DNA of 64,000 nucleotides from assembly GCA_002269645.1 (NCBI GenBank), contig NIVC01000931.1:62001-126000 (forward strand), read 5' to 3'. Under the pieces are notes generated by a model, which saw only the letters and a list, made by a program, of their open reading frames with translations, made no database searches and was not told the origin of the DNA. This stretch comes from Macrostomum lignano (taxonomy: Eukaryota). The translations under genes and the position numbers were made by a program. Below, one piece after another: positions 31,001 to 44,392 of this stretch; the stretch's first letter is position 1; every line of letters begins with the position of its first letter.

Positions 31001-32211
31001 CGATATTTCCGTGTTTTTAGTGAAAACTTCCTATAGTTGTAGAACTGAATTACAAATCTAGTCTAAATTTGCTCTTATTGCTCTTCTGAAGCACTGCTTT
31101 TAAGTGCTCAGAAACTCCAAACTTCAAAAGCCCCGAGCGTCACAAGTTCCAAACTTCAAAAGCCCCTAGCGTCAAAAGTAAAAAGGGCTCAAATCTGACA
31201 CGTCACAAGCTCCACGGACAACAAGGTTTAAACAAGATTAGGGACGATTCTGAACTTTCGAGCTGGTCCTATGCATGATTTACACCGTTAGCTATTTTGA
31301 AAAATACAAAGTGATTCGCTATAATGTCGTCGTAACCAGGATGGCCGAAATCAACGCTCCGACAAGCGCAGCGGTTCAATCGATTTCTCCGAATTCGTGG
31401 CCCTGATGGAGACTCGAAAGACTGAAGATGAACTCAGATCTGAAATACAAGAAACATTCAAGGTGTTCGACAGAGACCAGGATGGGTGAGGGCTGACTCA
31501 GTTTCGGGGAGAAAGTGAGCAGAGAAGTGATGGGTGACGGAATGAGATGGGTGGCGGAGTGAGGTGGGTGGCGGAGTGAGGTGGGTGGCGGAGTGAGGTG
31601 GGTGGCGGAGTGAGGTGGGTGGCGGAGTGAGGTGGGTGGCGGAGTGAGGTGGGTGGCGGAGTGAGGTGGGTGGCGGAGTGAGGTGGGTGGCGGAGTGAGG
31701 TGGGTGGCGGAGTGAGGTGGGTGGCGGAGTGAGGTGGGTGGCGGAGTGAGGTGGGTGGCGGAGTGAGGTGGGTGGCGGAGTGAGGTGGGTGGCGGAGTGA
31801 GGTGGGTGGCGGAGTGAGGTGGGTGGCGGAGTGAGGTGGGTGGCGGAGTGAGGTGGGTGGCGGAGTGAGGTGGGTGGCGGAGTGAGGTGGGTGGCGGAGT
31901 GAGGTGGGTGGCGGAGTGAGGTGGGTGGCGGAGTGAGGTGGATGGTGAAGTGCGGTCTATGGCGGAGTGAGGTGGATGGGCATGCAAGAGTGGAGCTTTC
32001 AAACCATGCAGACACTCTGACACCCCAATCCAGATTTATCAGTCCTCTGGAACTGCGGCACGTGCTGAGCAATCTGGGCATCAAGCTGTCCGAACGTGAG
32101 GCGGCCGACATGATCGCGGAGGCGGACTTCAACAAGGACGGGCTGGTGGACTTCGAGGAATTCTACCGAATGATGACGGCGAGGAACGCCGCCAGCAAGC
32201 AGAGGAAGTGA
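25026..32211 (+). CDS. Calmodulin-like EF-hand protein (174 aa, 4 exons)
   Basis: Exons 25026-25101, 30860-30984, 31340-31485, 32034-32211 total 525 nt in one frame: [43 protein letters not shown]...IDFSEFVALM...[25 protein letters not shown]...ADFNKDGLVDFEEFYRMM. EF-hands 1, 3 and 4 are canonical; EF-hand 2 carries an insertion. Confidence 0.9.
25112..26935. repeat. 22-bp minisatellite ATGCGATCTAGGCATGATCTAT in calmodulin-like intron 1, split by the LINE
   Basis: Starts about 10 nt after the exon-1 donor and resumes at 26653. Confidence 0.95.
25764..26652 (-). mobile_element. 5'-truncated non-LTR retrotransposon (LINE, RTE-like RT C-terminus) in intron 1 of the calmodulin-like gene
   Basis: Open frame LSVLGYADDLALL...GLVVNTQKT...FVYLGG...LLYNAETWTLT, stop at 25807. 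3' tail is TGTTGTTGTTTTTT. Flanked by a duplicated ATCTATATGC (25754-25763 and 26653-26662) that breaks the phase of the host array. Clade assignment is tentative. Confidence 0.88.
27366..28530. repeat. 11-bp minisatellite CCTGACTCTCG
   Basis: Directly visible, about 105 units. Confidence 0.95.
29490..30440. repeat. 22-23-bp minisatellite GCATGCCCTAGTTACCTCAGTGA
   Basis: Directly visible; the variant GAATGCCCTAGTTACCTCAGTAA dominates 29950-30300. Confidence 0.95.
31545..31975. repeat. 17-bp repeat GGGTGGCGGAGTGAGGT in calmodulin-like intron 3
   Basis: Directly visible; a related shorter unit occurs at 32540-32700. Confidence 0.95.
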
Positions 32212-32985
32212 ATGCCACAAGCTGCCACAAGCCACAAGCTGCTGCGCGCTTTCTCACTGCTCGATTGATTTGTTCATAATTTTGCAACAGATTTTTTATT
32301 TAAGGTATTCGCTCTTCTGGTAGTTCAAAGCATTCTGTATCGCCGAAGTGTTACTGTGAATAAGGTGTACATACTAAGCCTGTGCTATCACGGAGACAAG
32401 TTCTGTACAGTACGAATCCCGAGCGCAAGTTTTGCTTTGCGCTTGAATTAAAAAATATAAAGAGCCACCACGTGAGTAGGTATGCCTTCATTTGGCAGCT
32501 AAGCATCCGCTTTTGCAACTCTGAGCTAACTCTCTCTGTGAGGTGGGCGGAGTGAGGTGGGCGGAGTGAGGTGGGCGGAGTGAGGTGGGCGTGGGCGGAG
32601 TGAGGTGGGCGGAGTGAGGTGGGCGTGGGCGGAGTGAGGTGGGCGGAGTGAGGTGGGCGGAGTGAGGTGGGCGGAGTGAGGTGGGCGGAGTGAGGTAGGT
32701 GGAGTGGAGTGATCTGTCCTTAGGTGAAGTACTATTAATTTTAATCTTAAGACTATCTTTCCACATCAGCTCCTGCCAGTTTTTGCGCATTTAAAAATTG
32801 TCTTCCACGGATAATTGCTCCGCGCCGCCGCAGCTCTCCCGCTGCGGGTCGGCGACTCAAACGGAAAGCCCAAGCTGGAGAGAAATTCACCTGTTTTTCC
32901 AGTGCAATTCATGCTTCCTAAACACTGCCAACTCTCTCGGATAATTTGCTTTCGGATAGGAGGAACCTTGCATGCAGAAAATTGC

Positions 32986-34212
<1,227 letters not shown>

Positions 34213-34391
34213 ACAAAGGCAATTGTTGATCAAAACTTGATTTTTATTGACTTCAGAGTATTCCACAACTGCAGTAAAGCTTTTAAGAAGTTCCGCACTA
34301 TCATGGGTGCTTGCGCTGCTACACAACAACGAGTTCAATAAACCAGTGAACTCAGCTCCACGCGCATAAAAGTGCATCTTTAACCAAAGAG

Positions 34392-35006
34392 TCACGTGAT
34401 GCTTCGTCGCTGCTTTAAAATTGAAACCCTGCTGCGCCGGGCGGCCGCCTGCGATGGCGGCTCCCCTCGGCCACTTCCGTTGGCGGCATCGGCGCCAGCG
34501 GCGGCTGCCCGCAGATCCTCCTCGACAATCTCGGCGCTGATTTGGCGGTAGGACTTCAGCGGCAGCAGGCCGGACTTCACCATGCCCCGCAGCAGCATTA
34601 CCTCGCGTCTGGCCGCCTCGGAGACGCCGTCGGGCAGGTCGCCGAACATTTCCCGATCGGCGATGGACGGACAGCGGAACAGAGACTTCTTGCGGCTCGG
34701 CGGCGGCTGCTCGGTGGCGGCCGGCTGCTGCTGCTGCTGCGACTTCCTGTGACTGCGGAGGCTGCCCGAGAGGCCGACGACTGGCTCAGCCGGTGGCTCC
34801 GTCGACGACTTCAGCGACTGCCCAACGGCCGTGGACTCCAGCTGTATGGCGGCGACTTCAGAGGCCAGTTTTTCGTCGCCGTTGTCAACCGAGGAGGTCT
34901 TGGCTGCCAAGCAGATTTGGCCCATGCTGCCGGAGGCTCGCCATGGGGGCATCAGCGGCAGCGGGACGCGCTTATGTAGCCGGGGCCGCTGACCAATCAG
35001 CGCCAA
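34392..35006 (-). CDS. Orphan GC-rich ORF/exon; likely start MGQIC at 34925; product unknown
   Basis: 204-codon non-repetitive GC-rich ORF with Gln/Ala/Pro-rich segments like the other exons here. It ends at a possible donor (AC|GTGACT), with a possible phase-compatible terminal exon at 32874-32766. No family recognised. Confidence 0.45.
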   Translation of the reverse strand: MALIGQRPRLHKRVPLPLMPPWRASGSMGQICLAAKTSSVDNGDEKLASEVAAIQLESTAVGQSLKSSTEPPAEPVVGLSGSLRSHRKSQQQQQPAATEQPPPSRKKSLFRCPSIADREMFGDLPDGVSEAARREVMLLRGMVKSGLLPLKSYRQISAEIVEEDLRAAAAGADAANGSGRGEPPSQAAARRSRVSILKQRRSIT

Positions 35007-35010
35007 TCAG
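34991..35010. promoter_or_regulatory. Tandem CCAAT-box-like motifs upstream of the MGQIC start of the orphan ORF
   Basis: GACCAATCAG CGCCAATCAG about 70-85 nt upstream of ATG 34925. Motif match only. Confidence 0.25.
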
Positions 35011-36823
35011 CCGCGGCGACTTTTCCCCATTCATCGCCGCGTGCTCGAAAACAAACGTGACTGAGCGCTCATTTTCTCTCTGAGTCTCCCGCTGTTTCAC
35101 TTTGCTGTTTTTTACGCTTGCACAGCAGATTAACGAAGCCAAATAAGGCAGTGCTGGCGAACTAACTGAATATTTATATGCATAATTTCACTAAAAATAG
35201 CCAGTTTGAGGGCTGCTGTAGATCCGGACTGCGTAGCGCATTCTGAGACTAAACTTAGCAATAAGTTCAGATTCAGCTAACGCCTTGATTTGTGCTTGGC
35301 TAGACTAGCAATCCATTCTATTCCTGCATCCTTGTGGGCTAGATTAGCAATCCATTCTATTACTGCATCCATGTATTGGCTAGATTAGCAATCCATTCTA
35401 TTCCTGCATCCATGAATTGGCTAGATTAGCAATCCATTCTATTCCTGCACCCATGTATTGGCTAGATTAGCAATCCATTCTATTCCTGCATCCATGCATT
35501 GGCTAGATTAGCAATCCATTCTATTCCTGCACCCATGCATTGGCTAGATTAGCAATCCATTCTATTCCTGCATCCATGCATTGGCTAGATTAGCAATCCA
35601 TTCTATTCCTGCATCCGTGTATTGGCTAGATTAGCAATCCATTCTATTCCTGCATCCATGCATTGGCTAGATTAGCAATCCATTCTATTCCTGCACCCAT
35701 GTATTGGCTAGATTAGCAATCCATTCTATTCCTGCATCCGTGTATTGGCTAGATTAGCAATCCATTCTATTCCTGCATCCGTGTACACATGTATTGGCTA
35801 GATTAGCAATCCATTCTATTCCTGCATCCGTGTATTGGCTAGATTAGCAATCCATTCTATTCCTGCATCCATGCATTGGCTAGATTAGCAATCCATTCTA
35901 TTTCTGCATCCGTGTATTGGCTAGATTAGCAATCCATTCTATTTCTGCATCCGTGTATTGGCTAGATTAGCAATCCATTCTATTTCTGCATCCGTGTATT
36001 GGCTAGATTAGCAATCCATTCTAGCTCGTATTCCTGCACCCATGCATTGGCTAGATTAGCAATCCATTCTATTCCTGCATCCGTGTATTGGCTAGATTAG
36101 CAATCCATTCTATTTCTGCATCCGTGTATTGGCTAGATTAGCAATCCATTCTATTCCTGCATCCGTGTATTGGCTAGATTAGCAATCCATTCTATTCCTG
36201 CATCCGTGTATTGGCTAGATTAGCAATCCATTCTATTCCTGCATCCATGCATTGGCTAGATTAGCAATCCATTCTATTCCTGCACCCATATATTGGCTAG
36301 ATTAGCAATCCATTCTATTCCTGCATCCATGCATTGGCTAGATTAGCAATCCATTCTATTCCTGCATCCATGTATTGGCTAGATTAGCAATCCATTCTAT
36401 TCCTGCACCCATGAATTGGCTAGATTAGCAATCCATTCTATTCCTGCATCCGTGTATTGGCTAGATTAGCAATCCATTCTATTCCTGCACCCATGAATTG
36501 GCTAGATTAGCAATCCATTCTATTCCTGCACCCATGAATTGGCTAGATTAGCAATCCATTCTATTCCTGCATCCGTGTATTGGCTAGATTAGCAATCCAT
36601 TCTATTCCTGCACCCATGAATTGGCTAGATTAGCAATCCATTCTATTCCTGCATCCGTGTATTGGCTAGATTAGCAATCCATTCTATTCCTGCATCCATG
36701 TATTGACTAGATTAGCAATCCATTCTATTCCTGCATCCGTGTATTGGCTAGATTAGCAATCCATTCTATTCCTGCACCCATGAATTGGCTAGATTAGCAA
36801 TCCATTCTATTCCTGCATCCGTG

Positions 36824-39800
36824 TGTAGTGATTGACGCGAGAGACAGAAGTTTAGATGAACCAAAAGCTTACAGCCCCGACTTGGGCGTGGGGTGCTATT
36901 ATATATTTGAGCTCAAAGCTCTGTAATCGATTGCTCTAGAGTAAGTGTACATCTATGATGCAATGTACACAGGAGTTAAAATCAACGTGCCGAGAAAGGG
37001 GGGGGCAGAGTACAACATCTTTCCCCTTCACGGAGATTAACGGATTAAAAAAAAATGAATGTCATGCGCAAAAAAAGCAAAAAGAGGTTTATAGGTTCGT
37101 CAGTTTTGCACGAAAAAAATCAGGTCCTATAATTGGGATGCGGTAGTTTGCAGCTTCTTGGATGCGGACGGTTCGCGATTGGCAGCTCCCCCGCACCGGC
37201 GGCGGCCGGCGGCTCCGCGGGGCCGAAGCGGCCGTCGGGTCGCCTTCTGGACTGCCGGTCTCGTCTGGTCCGTCTCCTGTTGGCCGCTCTGGCAGTCGCT
37301 TAACGTCGCTGGCGTGGCGCATGCAGTTGCTGCCGCCCATGCTCTCCAGGATGACAGAATCGCCTTTGACCTCCGTGACTGTCCAAGGCTGAATTTCAAA
37401 TGGCGTATCCGTTTTCGATGGCTGGATTTTTCTGCGGAGGACTTTATCGCCAGCTTGGATGCGATGCTCTGCGGCTGATCTTGTCGCGTCGGCGTAGTGC
37501 TTCATGGCGGCTTTGTACTGACGGTCTCTGTTCCTGACCGTCTTTGCTGCAGCCTGCGGCTTGACTCCTGGAATGCAGTCTTGGACTGGTCTCCCGAACA
37601 TCAGGTCGGCTGGGGCGACTCCTTGTGGCCGTGTGCGGAGTGCTGCGGTACGCGGCGAGCCACTCCTGCAATGCCGTCCTCCAGTCGGTTCCTTGGGCGT
37701 TGGAGATGCGGAGCAGCTTGTTCAGGGACCTGTTGATTCGCTCGGTAATGCCATTGGCCTCGGGATGGTACGGTGTGATGCGCCGGTGGCTGATTCCGTG
37801 GCTTGTGACGAAACTCCTGAAGGCTTCTGATGTGAATGTCGGACCGTTGTCCGTCACGATTTGCTGGGGAATCCCGAAGGTCGCGAAGACCTGCTGTAAC
37901 TGTCTGGTGGTGCGGTCAGCTGTGATCGACTTCATCGCCACGACGATGGGGTAGCGCGAGTAGTGGTCTATGATCACCAGGAAATGTCGACCGTTGGCAG
38001 GTCCAAGAAAGTCGATGCCGATAGTGGACCAGGCAGACTCTGGCAGCTCAGTCGGTTGCAGTGGGGCTGCCGAAACTTCCGCTTGATGGTTAGTGGCCGC
38101 ACATTCCAGGCACTGTGCCACCAGTTGCTTGGCCTCAGCTGACATTCCGGGCCACCAGACCTTGGAGTTGAGTCGGCGCAGTGTTTTGGTCTCGCCTTGA
38201 TGTCCTTGATGAGCCAGCTGCAGGACAACGGGCCGCTGGGCTTTTGGGATTACCAATCTTTGGTCTCGCAGCAGAACGCCAGAAGCCTCGGTCAACTCGT
38301 GCCTGGCGGCGTGCAGTCGTCGGATGCTGTCGTCCCGCAGATCCCAATTGCCTGTTCTCAACGATGACAGCACAGTCGATAGAATGGCATCACGGGCCGT
38401 GGCTTCCCGGACTTGCTGCAGGGACAGGCCTCTCGGCGTCGCCGCTTGCGCGATGCTGCCGATGAAGTTTGTGTCCAGGATCTCGCCGATGTTGATCGAT
38501 GTCGGAGCGGGCTCTGGCTGCCGGCTGAGGATGTCGCTCGGGTTGAACGGGCCTGGCCGATAGATGACGCTGAACTGCATGTCCTGGATGCTGAGCGCCA
38601 TGCGCTCGATGCGTGGAGGTGGGCGCGAGCCGGGCTTGAGCATGAAGGTCAGCGGCTTGTGGTCGGTGACGACAGTAAAGTTGGCGGCGCCGCTGAGATA
38701 GTGTCGAAATTTCAGGCAGTCGAACTTGATTGCGAGAGCCTCCCGTTCCGTCTGTGAGTACCTCGACTCGACTGCCGATAGGGCTCTGCTTGCGAATGCA
38801 ACCGGCTTGGATGAGCCGTCGGACTGAATCTGGCAAAGAATGGCGCCGAGTCCGATGGGGCTGGCGTCGACAACGAGTTCGGTATGCCGGTGCTTGTCGA
38901 AGAAGACCAGTGTGCTGTCGACTGCGATGCGATCTCGGACTTCTTGAAAAGCCTTGGCCTGCTGCTCGCCCCACTGCCAGCTTGCACTCTTCTTGGTCAG
39001 GTCCCGCAACGGCTTCGTCATGTCCGCCAGGCCTGGCATGAAGCGACTGACAAACGTAACCAGACCGAGGAAGGAGCGGACTTCCGAGGCGTTCGTTGGC
39101 TCTTTGAAGCTTTTGATCGCCGACACCTTGGCTTCAGCTGGCTGGATCCCTTTTGCCGACAGTCGCATGGCCAGGAAGTTGACCTCCGGCACCGCAAATT
39201 TGCACTTGGACGGGTTGAGAGTCAGGCCGTGTCCCTGAAGACGCTGAAGGCAGCTGACTAGGCGACTGTTGTGCTCCTGGATGTCCCGGGCATACACAAT
39301 GATGTCGTCGTGCACCCATCTCACTCCTGGCAGGCCGCTGAGTACTGTAGACATCACACGCTGTAGAATTTCTGAAGCCGACGTGAAACCCATACAGAGG
39401 CGCGTGAGCCTCATTAAGCCCAGTGGTGTCGAGAAGGTCAGAAACTTGCGTGACTCCTGATCGACCTTGATTTGGTGAAAGGCTTTATTGATGTCTAGCT
39501 CCGAGAAGAAGTGTGAACCGGCCATTTCGTCTGTGACCTCTTCAAAGGTCGGAATCGGCTGCTTCTCCGGCACTACGTATTGATTGAGGTCTCGAAGGTC
39601 TTGGGTGATTCGCACCTGGTTCGGATTGCTTTTTGGTACCACTACCATTCTAGCGACCCATTCGGAAGGCTCAGATACTCGCTCGATGATGCCTTCGCTG
39701 AGCTGGGCGTCGAGCTCTTTGATGGCTGCGTCTCGTAGGTGGATTGGCACTCGGCTAGGCGGGTGGCACACTGGGATAGCGTTGTCCTTGAGTCGGATGC

Positions 39801-41377
39801 TCACTTCGACGTCCTTGACGCAGCCAACTCCTTGGAAGAGCGCCCGGTGCTTTTTGAGGATGTTATCAAGCTGGAGGTTTGCTGGAAGGTTAGCTGAGTT
39901 GGCCTCCGGACTCGAGGACTCCATTGCCTTTGCCTTGTCGGCACTCCCGATGCTGTTGATGCGAGTTTCCGGCGCCGGACCCACTCGTAGTACTCTGAAC
40001 TTCTCGCTCGTTGCCCTTCCGAGAATGGTGACGCCCGGGTCTTGCACTACTGTGAAGTCCACTACTTCCTCGAGACCGCTGATTTTGACAAGGAGCTCAG
40101 CTCTGCCGGCGGTCGCCAGTGGTGTCTTCGAGCCGAACGGGTACAGCTGCCGTGCTGATCGAAGCAGTGGCGTTTTGGCTGTTTTGAGATCTTGAAAAGT
40201 CGCCTGGTCGATGACATTGCAGCTGGCGCCACTATCGATGAGCGCCTCGACCCGCTTACCGTTGATAGAGATGCTCATCAGCGGCAGCTTGTTCGCAGTC
40301 AGGCAGAAGACCTCCCCTTCGTCGCTTGGTGACTTGCTGGATTCTTCCGGGTGTTGATGCTGACCGCCAATGGTGTGCACGCGGTCTCTGGAGTTGCCCT
40401 TAGACATACAGGCCTTCGCCAGGTGGCCCACCTTTTTACAGATGTTGCATGTTTTGCCTTTGGCCGCGTCGCAGCTACGGTGCCCGGTTTCTCCGCATCG
40501 GTAGCACTTGGACTTGCTGCCAGGCTTGTACGATGGTCCGTCTTGTTGCTCACCTCTGGTGCGCCTCATTGAGTTGACTGTCTCGTCGCGGCGTGACTCC
40601 ATGGCCGCTGACTGGTAGCTAGCGGCTTCGAAGGCTCGGCACAGCTGCAGTGCATCCTGCAAGTTGATGTTGGCGGTCTGCAGTAGCCGTCTTCTGAGTT
40701 GCTCGGTGTTGCATCCGGCGACAATCTGGTCGCGGATGAGGGAGTCGCGCAAATTGTCGAAGTCGCAGCTTTCTGCGGCCTTGTATAGCTGACTGACCCA
40801 TGCGTCGATGCTCTGGCCTGGTTGCTGCGTGCAGTTTCGGAACTCGTATCTTGAGAACACCACGCACCTGCGGCCTGTGAAGTGATCCTTGAAAGCCTTG
40901 ATGAGTTCTTCGACTGTGTTTCCGCTGTTGGTCAGCTGTTTGTATAGCTCGGCCAGCTCCCTCCCGCCTGTGTAGAGCAGGACTTGTCTCTGCTGGGCCG
41001 GATCCTTGACTCCGGAGGCGTGGATGAAGCACAGAAAGCGCGACGACCAATCTTCCCACCGTGATGACAGTGCGTGTGCTTCTTGGTTGACGTTGAATGG
41101 CTCAGGTGGAGGCAGTTGCAGTTGAACAACGTTGCGTGTCTGGCCACTGTTTTCAGTAGACATAGCTTAGCTTGCGACGCCAGTGTAGTGATTGACGCGA
41201 GAGACAGAAGTTTAGATGAACCAAAAGCTTACAGCCCCGACTTGGGCGTGGGGTGCTATTATATATTTGAGCTCAAAGCTCTGTAATCGATTGCTCTAGA
41301 GTAAGTGTACATCTATGATGCAATGTACACAGGAGTTAAAATCAACGTGCCGAGAAAGGGGGGGGCAGAGTACAACA
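36824..41377 (-). mobile_element. Ty3/Gypsy LTR retrotransposon, 4554 bp, single gag-pol ORF
   Basis: Identical 194-bp LTRs at 36824-37017 and 41184-41377 (TG...CA). PBS-like TGGCGTCGCAAG from 41182; polypurine tract GAAGGGGAAAGA next to the 3' LTR. Domain order is Gypsy-type: CCHC knuckle (CNICKKVGHLAKAC), protease (LIDSGAS), RT (ELDINKAFHQI, VHDD), RNase H (VDASPIGLG, YSQTEREALA), integrase (IDFLGP, TDNGP, NGITER). Confidence 0.97.
37089..41163 (-). CDS. Gag-Pol polyprotein of the LTR element, with one frameshift near the integrase C-terminus
   Basis: ORF 41163-37444 shifts frame at about 37623-37624. Removing one base restores ...YRSTPHTAT-GVAPADLMFGRPVQ..., continuing into ORF 37601-37089. 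Confidence 0.9.
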
Positions 41378-44204
41378 GAGTGCAATCCATTCTATTCCTG
41401 CATCCGTGTATTGGCTAGATTAGCAATCCATTCTATTCCTGCATCCGTGTATTGGCTAGATTAGCAATCCATTCTATTCCTGCATCCGTGTATTGGCTAG
41501 ATTAGCAATCCATTCTATTCCTGCACCCATGAATTGGCTAGATTAGCAATCCATTCTATTCCTGCACCCATGTATTGGCTAGATTAGCAATCCATTCTAT
41601 TCCTGCATCCATGCATTGGCTAGACTAGCAATCCATTCTATTCCTGCACCCATGCATTGGCTAGATTAGCAATCCATTCTATTCCTGCACCCATGCATTG
41701 GCTAGATTAGCAATCCATTCTATTCCTGCATCCGTGTATTGGCTAGATTAGCAATCCATTCTATTCCTGCATCCATGTATTGACTAGATTAGCAATCCAT
41801 TCTATTCCTGTATCCATGTATTGGCTAGATTAGCAATCCATTCTATTCCTGCATCCATGCATTGGCTAGATTAGCAATCCATTCTATTCCTGCATCCGTG
41901 TATTGGCTAGATTAGCAATCCATTCTATTCCTGCACCCATGCATTGGCTAGATTAGCAATCCATTCTATTCCTGCATCCGTGTATTGGCTAGATTAGCAA
42001 TCCATTCTATTCCTGCACCCATGAATTGGCTAGATTAGCAATCCATTCTATTCCTGCACCCATGCTTTGGCTAGATTAGCAATCCATTCTATTCCTGCAT
42101 CCATGCTTTGGCTAGATTAGCAATCCATTCTATTCCTGCATCCATGTATAGGCTAGATTAGCAATCCATTCTATTCCTGCATCCGTGTATTGGCTAGATT
42201 AGCAATCCATTCTATTCCTGCATCCGTGTATTGGCTAGATTAGCAATCCATTCTATTCCTGCATCCGTGTATTGGCTAGATTAGCAATCCATTCTATTCC
42301 TGCATCCGTGTATAGGCTAGATTAGCAATCCATTCTATTCCTGCATCCGTGTATTGGCTAGATTAGCAATCCATTCTATTCCTGCATCCGTGTATAGGCT
42401 AGATTAGCAATCCATTCTATTCCTGCATCCGTGTATAGGCTAGATTAGCAATCCATTCTATTCCTGCATCCGTGTATTGGCTAGATTAGCAATCCATTCT
42501 ATTCCTGCATCCATGCTTTGGCTAGATTAGCAATCCATTCTATTCCTGCATCCATGTATAGGCTAGATTAGCAATCCATTCTATTCCTGCATCCGTGTAT
42601 TGGCTAGATTAGCAATCCATTCTATTCCTGCACCCATGTATTGACTAGATTAGCAATCCATTCTATTTCTGCATCCATGTATTGACTAGATTAGCAATCC
42701 ATTCTATTCCTGCACCCATGTATTGACTAGATTAGCAATCCATTCTATTCCTGCATCCGTGTATTGGCTAGATTAGCAATCCATTCTATTCCTGCACCCA
42801 TGAATTGGCTAGATTAGCAATCCATTCTATTCCTGCATCCATGCATTGGCTAGATTAGCAATCCATTCTATTCCTGCACCCATGTATTGACTAGATTAGC
42901 AATCCATTCTATTCCTGCACCCATGTATTGACTAGATTAGCAATCCATTCTATTCCTGCATCCATGCTTTGGCTAGATTAGCAATCCATTCTATTCCTGC
43001 ATCCGTGTATAGGCTAGATTAGCAATCCATTCTATTCCTGCATCCGTGTATTGGCTAGATTAGCAATCCATTCTATTCCTGCACCCATGCATTGGCTAGA
43101 TTAGCAATCCATTCTATTCCTGCACCCATGCATTGGCTAGATTAGCAATCCATTCTATTCCTGCATCCGTGTATTGGCTAGATTAGCAATCCATTCTATT
43201 CCTGCATCCATGTATAGGCTAGATTAGCAATCCATTCTATTCCTGCACCCATGTATTGGCTAGATTAGCAATCCATTCTATTCCTGCACCCATGCATTGG
43301 CTAGATTAGCAATCCATTCTATTCCTGCACCCATGCATTGGCTAGATTAGCAATCCATTCTATTCCTGCATCCGTGTATTGGCTAGATTAGCAATCCATT
43401 CTATTCCTGCATCCATGTATTGACTAGATTAGCAATCCATTCTATTCCTGCATCCATGTATTGACTAGATTAGCAATCCATTCTATTCCTGCACCCATGT
43501 ATTGGCTAGATTAGCAATCCATTCTATTCCTGCACCCATGTATTGACTAGATTAGCAATCCATTCTATTTCTGCATCCATGTATTGACTAGATTAGCAAT
43601 CCATTCTATTCCTGCACCCATGTATTGACTAGATTAGCAATCCATTCTATTCCTGCATCCATGCTTTGGCTAGATTAGCAATCCATTCTATTCCTGCATC
43701 CATGCTTTGGCTAGATTAGCAATCCATTCTATTCCTTGTACTTTAAAGCGATCTGGTCAAAATCTTCAGATCCGAGAGAAAAGTGCAAGCATTCTCTATT
43801 TCATTCCCTCTCAAACGCAGCTGCAGGTGACAGACAATATTTGCTCTGCTTGTTCGCACAAGTTTCCCACTGCATCTGCCTACCTGTCACTGCACAGGAC
43901 AGCTATCCGATAACTCCTTGAGCTAAGCTTATCGAATCAAAAAGGAAATAAATGACGGATCTCATGAGCTCGGCAGCGTTAAGAAAAAAGTTTCATGAGC
44001 TCCAAAGAATTCTGCAAAGAGTTTGTTTATTGCTTGAATACCTTTGATGCTGTAATAGTGGCGGTCATCATTGCCGTTTGAAAAGCATGGGATCTTTCAG
44101 ATGCTTGGGATAACTATCTTGTGGGCTAACTAGTGTCCGGGCCACGGCATAGATAGTATCAAGTGATCATAATGGCAATTTTCTAGCAGAATGACAAACT
44201 CTCA

Positions 44205-44390
<186 letters not shown>

Positions 44391-44392
44391 GT

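Larger units (their letters stand above)
35330..43735. repeat. 41-bp satellite ATTGGCTAGATTAGCAATCCATTCTATTCCTGCATCCGTGT, split by the LTR element
   Basis: Arms at 35330-36823 and 41383-43735, about 95 units in total. Confidence 0.97.

Noticed and set aside
37158-40572. Many plus-strand ORFs within the LTR element
   Set aside because: Antisense shadows of the GC-rich gag-pol frame; no env-like or accessory ORF is evident.
35330-43735. CRISPR-like look of a constant repeat with a variable segment
   Set aside because: The variable part is a few SNP positions rather than unique spacers, there are no cas genes, and the context is eukaryotic.
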